Of a DNA stretch of 64,000 bases, positions 57,078 to 64,000 are shown one piece after another (position 1 is the first letter of the stretch; each line of letters opens with the position of its first letter). Origin of the DNA: Minisyncoccota bacterium (GTDB taxonomy: Bacteria; Patescibacteriota; Minisyncoccia; Phycocordibacterales; UBA6899). Where the stretch lies: positions 36,610 to 100,609 of the forward strand of contig DATEZQ010000008.1 of the NCBI GenBank assembly GCA_035583355.1. The letters run 5' to 3'. The notes under the pieces were generated by a model. That model had not been told where the DNA came from. It saw only the letters and a list, made by a program, of their open reading frames with translations, and did not search any database. The position numbers and the translations under genes are program-made.

Positions 57078-57656
57078 ATGCCAAAGCATGATGACACAAA
57101 GAACATTTCTCATTTGAAGGATTTTTTCCGCAGACACGGACGCCTTCCTTCATATAAAGAACTCCTCTTTATCACCGGCTTCTCTTCACGTGCATCTGCC
57201 TTTGGTCTCATCAATCGACTTGTCGCGCGACAGATTATTGCCAAAGACGAAGAGGGGCATCTCTCCCCTGGTTCACAGTTTTTTGCACGTCCACGCCTTG
57301 GTGTCGTCGAGGCAGGCTTTGGTTACGACGCGGATGCCATCGAAGATGACGCTCATGCTATCGATAACTACCTCATTGAAAAACCTGAGGCGACGTTCCT
57401 CCTTACCGTAAAAGGTGAATCAATGATCGAAGCAGGAATCCTTCCCGGCGATATCGTTGTTGCGGAACGTAGAAGTGATGCAAAAAATGGCGAGATTGTG
57501 GTCGCTGAGGTCGATGGCTCGTGGACAATGAAGTACTACCGTAATGAGAATGGCAAAATTCTCCTTATACCCGCAAATCGCACAATGAAACCCTACTCCC
57601 CGAAGCAATCGCTCTCCATAGCGGCGGTAGTGAGAGGGGTGGTGAGGAAATATTAG
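57078..57656 (+). CDS. lexA: LexA-like repressor (HTH + S24 peptidase)
   Basis: N-terminal wHTH (…SYKELLFITGFSSRASAFGLINRLVARQII…). An Ala-Ile/Gly cleavage-site region. S24 catalytic Ser/Lys (GESMIEAGILPGDIVVAERRSDAKNGEIVVA…WTMKYY). Confidence 0.8.
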   Translation: MPKHDDTKNISHLKDFFRRHGRLPSYKELLFITGFSSRASAFGLINRLVARQIIAKDEEGHLSPGSQFFARPRLGVVEAGFGYDADAIEDDAHAIDNYLIEKPEATFLLTVKGESMIEAGILPGDIVVAERRSDAKNGEIVVAEVDGSWTMKYYRNENGKILLIPANRTMKPYSPKQSLSIAAVVRGVVRKY

Positions 57657-57666
57657 AGGAAATCCA

Positions 57667-57752
57667 TGGGAATAAGGGGGATTCAAAACTCACCTATTAT
57701 CAGCATATCCGCAAAATCGCATTCTTCCCTTATCCCCTCATAACCTTATAAC
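57667..57752. repeat. G-rich heptad inverted-repeat element, copy E5 (lexA-dinB gap)
   Basis: gggaataagggggatt … cttcccttatcccctcataaccttataacc. Confidence 0.5.
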
Positions 57753-57766
57753 CTTGTATTCTCTCT

Positions 57767-58906
57767 ATGCGCTACATCCTTCACTGCGATGGGGACAATT
57801 TCTTTGCGTCATGTCTCGTCGCGAAATACCCTCGCTTGCGCAATAAGCCTCTCGTCGTTGGCGCCGAACGTGGTATGGCTACCGCACTCTCAGTTGAAGC
57901 AAAGGCGCTTGGTGTTACGCGGGGAATGCCCATATTTGAAATCAAAGCAAAGTATCCTGAAGTGATCATTCTTTCTGGAGACTATGAGCTCTTCTCTCGT
58001 ACCTCAATAAGGATGCACAGACTCATCGAGGCGACAACAACGGCAGTTGAAAAGTATTCAATTGATGAATCCTTTGCGGATATTACCGAGGCAATAGAGA
58101 AACGCCGGAGCAGCGCTGAAATCATTGGAATAGAGATAAAAGAACGTACGTGGAAACAACTTGGAATCCCCATCTCCTTCGGTGTCGCTCCGACAAAAAC
58201 ACTTGCCAAACTCGTTTCCACGTCGAGCAAGCCTAATGGATTTCGCGTCGCAATGACCGAAGAGACGCTTACTCCTATTCTTGCAAATATACCTATTGAA
58301 AAAGTCTGGGGTATTGGGTGGAGAACGGCAGTAAAGCTCCGTGCACGAGGTATACAGACTGCACTCGAACTCAGAGATATTCCACCAAACGTACTTTCAA
58401 CTTTCGCAAGACCGCTACTGGACATCCAAAAAGAACTACGCGGTATTATTGTACACCCCATCAACCTTGAGCACGCTCCACTGCAGTCAATGATCTCCTC
58501 CCTCTCCTTCCCTGCGACCACAGACAGCGACTTCATACACAGGGAATTCATTAGACACATTGAGCACCTCGCACACCGCTTGCGTAAGCACGGTCTTGCA
58601 GCGCGCACACTTACTATTCACACAAAAAATAGCAAACAAGAAGTCATAGACCTCTCTTGCACACTTCCACAACACAGCAATACCCCGGGCATATTCATTG
58701 ATCATTTTGAAATGCTCTTTCCACACATCCTAAAGCTTGGCGAGCGTATTCGTACGACAGGTGCGGCAGTTACGGATCTTATTCCAGAGACAGCTGCCAA
58801 TATATCGCTCTTTGACAAGAGAGATGCTCGGGAAGAAGTCATATTCAAGACCGTTGACAGTCTTCACAAACGAGGGCTTTCGGTACGTTCAGGAATAGGC
58901 ATATGA
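57767..58906 (+). CDS. dinB: Y-family DNA polymerase IV (DinB/UmuC-like)
   Basis: The Y-family palm motif MRYILHCDGDNFFASC and the downstream …SIDESFADIT…. Terminator after the stop. Confidence 0.9.
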   Translation: MRYILHCDGDNFFASCLVAKYPRLRNKPLVVGAERGMATALSVEAKALGVTRGMPIFEIKAKYPEVIILSGDYELFSRTSIRMHRLIEATTTAVEKYSIDESFADITEAIEKRRSSAEIIGIEIKERTWKQLGIPISFGVAPTKTLAKLVSTSSKPNGFRVAMTEETLTPILANIPIEKVWGIGWRTAVKLRARGIQTALELRDIPPNVLSTFARPLLDIQKELRGIIVHPINLEHAPLQSMISSLSFPATTDSDFIHREFIRHIEHLAHRLRKHGLAARTLTIHTKNSKQEVIDLSCTLPQHSNTPGIFIDHFEMLFPHILKLGERIRTTGAAVTDLIPETAANISLFDKRDAREEVIFKTVDSLHKRGLSVRSGIGI

Positions 58907-58940
58907 ATATAAAAACCCACCGCAAGCGGTGAGTTTTTAT

Positions 58941-61900
58941 TTAATTTGCTGATACACTGATCAAACCATTATGTGTGAGAGGCTTTGTTCCAAATGGGAC
59001 ATAAAGTCCGAAGTAGATATTATTGACTACCGGCGTCGTTGAGTTCGGCTTTGGGAAAGTCAAACCAAGCGTTGCCGTGCTTGTCGAAAGCGTCGTACAT
59101 AATGAGCAAGATGCAAAATCAAATGTCGAAGTTGCAACCTTTTCGTTATCAACAGTAATCGTACTATCTGTCGTCGTAAGATCTGAACCCGCAATATCGA
59201 TACCAAACTGCGCATTTCCCGTATTCTGGAGAGTAGCGGAAGGATTCGAAAACGCAGGAGTCGTACTTCCAATCTCCATACTACCGAAGTCCACCGCTCC
59301 CGTAATGAACGCAAGAGCCTTAAGCGTATTGAGTTCAGCATCGACACTCGCAGAATCGGAGACATTTGCCTGATTATGCACATGCACCGAAGCAGTCCAG
59401 ATATCACTTGCATATGTACCGACATCAGTTGGCTCTGCAAAGTATTGCAGATCTGCCTGACAAGAAATCGTACAAGATACACCCGCACATGCAGACAAGG
59501 CACACGAAGTCTTTAGAGGAGTATAACAATTGTTATCATCCGCCACACAAGACTCACCGAGACTCTTGCGATAAATCGTACCCGTTGCTACCGGTGAGAT
59601 ATCAGCATAACCGCTGTAATCAGTTACTGTACCAGTTGCCATCACCGTCGTTGTTCCACCTTCATTAAGAAGCGAAAGCGTTGGAGTGGTCCAGTTCCAG
59701 TTTGAAATATGCGGAGGATGTGAGACTGACGCCTCAGCAACCTTCGTATATGACACAAGACGATTTCCATTATTGGATACTCGGAAACAATATGTCGGCT
59801 GAATCGCACTAGGAGTGAATTGCAACGCATACTCTACTTCAGTGAAGTAATTCGCGGCGATCGCAAGTCCAGTCGTCTTATTCGACGGATCCTCCACAAT
59901 ACGTCCTGAGACAAAGTTCAATCCCTTCGGAGTAGAGAGGAGTGGTGTTGTACCATCACCATCAGCGAAACTTGTAGATGTAGCCATACACACCGCATCC
60001 GTTGAGCACGAGCTCGATAGAGGAACGGGAAGGTAATTTGCGTCACCAACCGACTCACAGTTCGATGCCCCACCCTTAATCGCATAATCGAGTTCGAGCT
60101 GCTGTCCAGAGAGTGGGGTTCCCGTGTTTCGGATTCCGAAACGTAGACGTACTTTCTCACCAAGCTGTGCTGCACCATATGCGGCATTTTCACTAGTGAT
60201 CCAAGTTGCTCCACCATGCTGCTGCGGCGCAAGCACTATCGTTGTCGGAGTGCCTGCAATATATGGAGTAGCGGTAACGTTATCCCAACCACCCTTCTGG
60301 TACCAGTATGAGAATCCAATCCCTGACCCAGGAGCATAGCTGTCTACTGCAGAAATACTTGCAACCTGCGTACCACTTGGGTCAAACAGTGTTGCATTAA
60401 TCGTTCCTCCTGACTGATAGATCCAATCAATACGCGCAGTATACCAACCCTGTGTGGAAAGTACGACATCCTGAGAAGAAACTTCTGAGGATACATTCGG
60501 TAAGAATCCATCCTTTGTCGCATCCTTCACAAGTCGCACATTCTTTGCGGCCTGCTGTGGTGAAACACAGAAGCCCCAGTTCGAACCACTCGTAGAGTTT
60601 GCTCCGAAGGTCAAACAGGTATCGTCATTTGATGAACCATCAATATAAATATTCTCTCTAATTGTCACACCCGCACCTACTGTCGTTCCGCGCGTAACGC
60701 CCGCAGAAAGATTTGCCATACCCAACGTTTGTCCTGTATCAGTCATTGAACGCAAATACTTGAGTCCAAGCTGTTCAATCGGCGAACGCGAAGCCATATC
60801 AAGTGTTCTAAATGATGCAGTGTCACCCGTCATACCTGAGAGACCAGATTCACCGTCAAAGAAATAGGTGAAGACCGAGGCACCCGAGGATGACGCTGCG
60901 GCACTCGCATTACCATAATAGACATAGACATCCGCACTTGACTGCGCAGCAAGCGTAGGTACCTTAACCCACACATTCGCACTCGCGGTCGTGTATGTTT
61001 CGATCCAGAATGGAATCGTCGTTGTACCATTGTTTGCAGTGAAACGAATATCTCGGTAATCTGCCTGCATTTGTGACTGATATGGTAAATTGACTTTCAC
61101 TGCAACATTCGTTGCAGCTGAGCTTGTATTGTTCACCACATGGACTCGCTGGCGATGCGTCCAACCCGAGGCTGCACCACCGTACCATTCACTATCCGGC
61201 ACCGCCTCCCCTCCGTCGTCATGACGCCACCTATAGTAACGTTGATCAACGAACTGACAGAGCGAATCATCCCATCTGAATGCTCCACAGGCGCCTGGTG
61301 AACCATCATTATCTGCGGACTCACCCGCAAGGTTCCCTACCGCACTACTGAAGTTCAACGCATTCGTTGAAGTACCGTTCAAGTAGGCGTTGACCCCTGA
61401 AGTGTGACCCGTATCAAGTGCGAAGCTGTTATTTGCAAGAATTGCGCCTGAGTTTGCATCAACAGTACTACCATCGATGTAAAGTATATTTCCCGTATCG
61501 ACTCCTGTTGCAAGATCTGCATTCTCAAGTGCCGTAATTACCGTATTTCCCGTAAGCTGCAGACCGTTCGCAGTAGTATTACGCATCTTGAAGTAACGAC
61601 CCTCGAAAGTTCCACTCGAGACAGAAAGACCATAAGTTCCTGACAGTGACTGTACTGAGGTTACTGCACCTGAGCTACCGACTATATGTAATTCTGTCCC
61701 ACTATTCCATGTCGCCGTGCTCCCTGGTGCGAATCGCACATTGACGGTTCGTGAAGCAATCGCAGTACCATCAAAATTCGTCGTCGCCGACCAATAATCA
61801 CTTCCGACATTGCGTACGTAATTACCATAAATATTGAGAGCTCCATTCACATTTGCGTAGTTCTGCGCATAGAGCGAAGCACCCCCTGCCGTAGTGACGC

Positions 61901-63962
61901 TTGTCGATGACGCATTCCAGACCGCTACCTGTGTATTTGCGCCAAGCTCAATGGCATTATATGCAGTCGCAGGTGCACTCTTTGCATTTATCGTGGAAGT
62001 ACCTGTTTTTTCAAGTCGCAGTGTACTTCCCGTCCAAGTTCCACCAATACTATTAGTAAAGAGATCCTGCACCACAAGCCTTGTTGAGGGCGACTGCACA
62101 AATGCATTCGCAGTCTTGAGCGTTAGTGACTTCGTTGCTGTTGCATTCGCCTCTATGGTAAATCCACCACCAGCACCGTCGACAATAAGATTCGTGAACG
62201 TAGAATTTCCTGGATTAATGAGCTTCCCTGTTGAGGTTGCGAACATGCGCACCGTCGACGTTGCTCCTGCGGTGAAACTACCTGCAATATTCTTGAATGT
62301 TCCACCAATTGCGAAGTCTGCTACAGGAAGAGTAAGGCTACCTGAATTAATGTAGACATCTCCTGTTGTTGTCGCATTCTGCACATTCGTCGCAAAGTCA
62401 CCATTGGCAATACGGAGATTTGCAAAGGCTGAACCACCAGGCACCAGGAGTCGGCTACCCGCTCCTGTCACCGAGACAGTACCGCCATTTGCAATAAATG
62501 CACCACCGATGTTCTGGAAGTCATTCCCGACTGCGAGTGTACCTGCAGGAAGCGTCGGCGTACCCGATGCAATAGTGAAGTTCCCCGTTGTTGTTGCACT
62601 ATCAAGGAAGCTCCACGCACCAGTTCCAATGAAAGTAAGATCCTTGAAACTACTTCCACTTGTGCGAATTTGCTTTCCCGTTGTAGTAGAGGTCATAAGG
62701 ACTGTACCACCGTTCGCATTGAACGTACCAAGATTACTGAATGTTCCACCAACCGCGAATGTACTTGCAGGTAGCGTTACTACTCCTGTAGTGATAATGA
62801 CATCACCCGTCGTAGTTGCAACACCCGCAATAGTCCACGAGCCCGCACCATTAAAGGTGAGATTCGTCAGTGTTGCCGGAGTAGCAGCTGTGAGTGAACG
62901 GCCTGCGACAGAGGAAGTGAACGTAAAGTTTCCTGCACCACCCGAGACAATCGCATTCGCACCCATCATGAGGTCACCGCCAACGGTATACACCTCTGCA
63001 CCACTAGTAATCCAAGTTGCACCTGCCCTGATTTCAATATCTCCTTCTATCGAAGAAGTATTGGTATTTCCCGGGACTGCGGCATTACCACCAGGCGCAT
63101 AAGTCTTTCCACTCCACACGATGAGCTTCGTATTCGTATCAAGAGTGAGCGCTCCTCCTGTTACTCGTGCAGGGATATTCGCATACTGATCTTTGTCATA
63201 CAAATCAATGCTTGTATTTGTAATAGCCCCCGTCTGCTCGTTTCGCACAATGACCGTATTTTCGTACATGTCATAATCCGCAATGTTTGTCATTGGATTA
63301 TAGGCATATGTCACTGCCTTCACACCACTACTTGATGTCGCGAAAAGTATGAGCGTATCAGCACCTGCGGGAAGGATATTCGGAATACTGAAACTACCGT
63401 CAGCTGCACTACATGCTGTACCCGGCATTGTTGTAGAAGCATTTGCTACACGAAGGAATATGTTTTGTGTTACTCCATTACATGCAGTTGATGGAGTAAC
63501 CCCATCACTCTGATAGAAATGACCAGAAATCGAGAGCTGTGCAGTTGAATCATCCCATACGAGATAACCAGGATTTCCTGCAGGGTCAACGTCATAGACC
63601 TCACCATCCCTTCCACCATAATGATTTACGAATCGCCAAGCAGACACGGTTGCACCTGTGGCGGTGATATTATTTCCGCCGGGAGCGATGAAGCCAAGTC
63701 GATACAGAATCTTCACAGGATTTGCAGTAATAACCGAAGCGGCAATGGTCATGAGTGACCCTGATCCGCTCGGATTCCTAAACACCACATCATCCATCTG
63801 ACTAACTTTCACTGAGCCCGTAAGTGCAGTACCGGTTGCATTCGCGTCGGAAATATCAAGATACTGCATTGTTGTCGAAGCGCCACCAATTGAAAGTCCA
63901 AAGGTTCCACTGAGCGCGCGAACTGTAGTTGAAGCAAGTGGATCACCAATCATTTCAATCAC
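58941..63962 (-). CDS. Very large secreted/surface protein with repetitive beta-helix-like segments (over 1670 aa; N-terminus may lie beyond the window end)
   Basis: Continuous ORF to the window edge. Thr/Gly/Ser/Asn/Ala-rich ~40-aa repeats (…TTGDVIITTGVVTLPASTFAVGGTFSNLGTFNANGGTV…). Cys-rich C-terminal region. Confidence 0.7.
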   Translation of the reverse strand: MIEMIGDPLASTTVRALSGTFGLSIGGASTTMQYLDISDANATGTALTGSVKVSQMDDVVFRNPSGSGSLMTIAASVITANPVKILYRLGFIAPGGNNITATGATVSAWRFVNHYGGRDGEVYDVDPAGNPGYLVWDDSTAQLSISGHFYQSDGVTPSTACNGVTQNIFLRVANASTTMPGTACSAADGSFSIPNILPAGADTLILFATSSSGVKAVTYAYNPMTNIADYDMYENTVIVRNEQTGAITNTSIDLYDKDQYANIPARVTGGALTLDTNTKLIVWSGKTYAPGGNAAVPGNTNTSSIEGDIEIRAGATWITSGAEVYTVGGDLMMGANAIVSGGAGNFTFTSSVAGRSLTAATPATLTNLTFNGAGSWTIAGVATTTGDVIITTGVVTLPASTFAVGGTFSNLGTFNANGGTVLMTSTTTGKQIRTSGSSFKDLTFIGTGAWSFLDSATTTGNFTIASGTPTLPAGTLAVGNDFQNIGGAFIANGGTVSVTGAGSRLLVPGGSAFANLRIANGDFATNVQNATTTGDVYINSGSLTLPVADFAIGGTFKNIAGSFTAGATSTVRMFATSTGKLINPGNSTFTNLIVDGAGGGFTIEANATATKSLTLKTANAFVQSPSTRLVVQDLFTNSIGGTWTGSTLRLEKTGTSTINAKSAPATAYNAIELGANTQVAVWNASSTSVTTAGGASLYAQNYANVNGALNIYGNYVRNVGSDYWSATTNFDGTAIASRTVNVRFAPGSTATWNSGTELHIVGSSGAVTSVQSLSGTYGLSVSSGTFEGRYFKMRNTTANGLQLTGNTVITALENADLATGVDTGNILYIDGSTVDANSGAILANNSFALDTGHTSGVNAYLNGTSTNALNFSSAVGNLAGESADNDGSPGACGAFRWDDSLCQFVDQRYYRWRHDDGGEAVPDSEWYGGAASGWTHRQRVHVVNNTSSAATNVAVKVNLPYQSQMQADYRDIRFTANNGTTTIPFWIETYTTASANVWVKVPTLAAQSSADVYVYYGNASAAASSSGASVFTYFFDGESGLSGMTGDTASFRTLDMASRSPIEQLGLKYLRSMTDTGQTLGMANLSAGVTRGTTVGAGVTIRENIYIDGSSNDDTCLTFGANSTSGSNWGFCVSPQQAAKNVRLVKDATKDGFLPNVSSEVSSQDVVLSTQGWYTARIDWIYQSGGTINATLFDPSGTQVASISAVDSYAPGSGIGFSYWYQKGGWDNVTATPYIAGTPTTIVLAPQQHGGATWITSENAAYGAAQLGEKVRLRFGIRNTGTPLSGQQLELDYAIKGGASNCESVGDANYLPVPLSSSCSTDAVCMATSTSFADGDGTTPLLSTPKGLNFVSGRIVEDPSNKTTGLAIAANYFTEVEYALQFTPSAIQPTYCFRVSNNGNRLVSYTKVAEASVSHPPHISNWNWTTPTLSLLNEGGTTTVMATGTVTDYSGYADISPVATGTIYRKSLGESCVADDNNCYTPLKTSCALSACAGVSCTISCQADLQYFAEPTDVGTYASDIWTASVHVHNQANVSDSASVDAELNTLKALAFITGAVDFGSMEIGSTTPAFSNPSATLQNTGNAQFGIDIAGSDLTTTDSTITVDNEKVATSTFDFASCSLCTTLSTSTATLGLTFPKPNSTTPVVNNIYFGLYVPFGTKPLTHNGLISVSAN

Positions 63963-64000
63963 GCTTGTCCCACTATATGTCGCTGTGGATCCCGCTGCAA

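Noticed and set aside
59023-62659. Numerous 60-230-aa ORFs on both strands inside 58941..63962
   Set aside because: Embedded in the continuous 1673-codon surface-protein frame. Compositionally repetitive shadows.
1-64000. CRISPR arrays
   Set aside because: The repeat families found are long, imperfect, dispersed hairpins or heptad arrays. None has the regular short repeat-spacer periodicity of CRISPR.

Overview
Bacterial chromosomal segment of about 45-50% G+C, with compact genes and many bidirectional hairpin terminators. Housekeeping genes recognised directly from the translations: lepA, murJ, gap, gatB, obg, groES-groEL, secG, RNase J, a MutY/Nth-like glycosylase, HtpX-LemA, and a lexA-dinB pair. 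I also call two RNA genes that the ORF track does not show: RNase P RNA (antisense to a spurious 103-aa ORF) and tRNA-Ser(GGA). Further content: a complete NAD salvage cluster (pncA-like, pncB, nadM-Nudix, nadE) with an NrtR-like regulator; three two-component modules including an HK-HK-REC operon; two cupredoxin-like proteins; a bacteriohemerythrin; a MerR/TipA regulator; and a very large beta-helix surface protein that runs to the window edge. Things worth a second look: (1) a roughly 0.8-kb island of strikingly high G+C (about 60-70%) carrying a 244-aa protein of unknown family, divergent from a small membrane protein across a 19-bp perfect palindrome; (2) a dispersed family of four ~125-bp MITE-like intergenic hairpin elements; (3) a second intergenic family of G-rich GGGAAT/GGGTAT heptad arrays arranged as inverted repeats, always in promoter or terminator gaps; (4) a tRNA-Ser whose 3' half plus flank is duplicated in inverted orientation, next to two direct copies of a structured element bracketing a cupredoxin gene; (5) a histone-H1-like Lys/Ala-rich N-terminal extension fused to a Bcp peroxiredoxin; (6) an excisionase-type HTH fused to a ~550-aa Pro/Glu-rich tail. 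Several small hypothetical genes have no recognisable family. No CRISPR array and no rRNA were seen.
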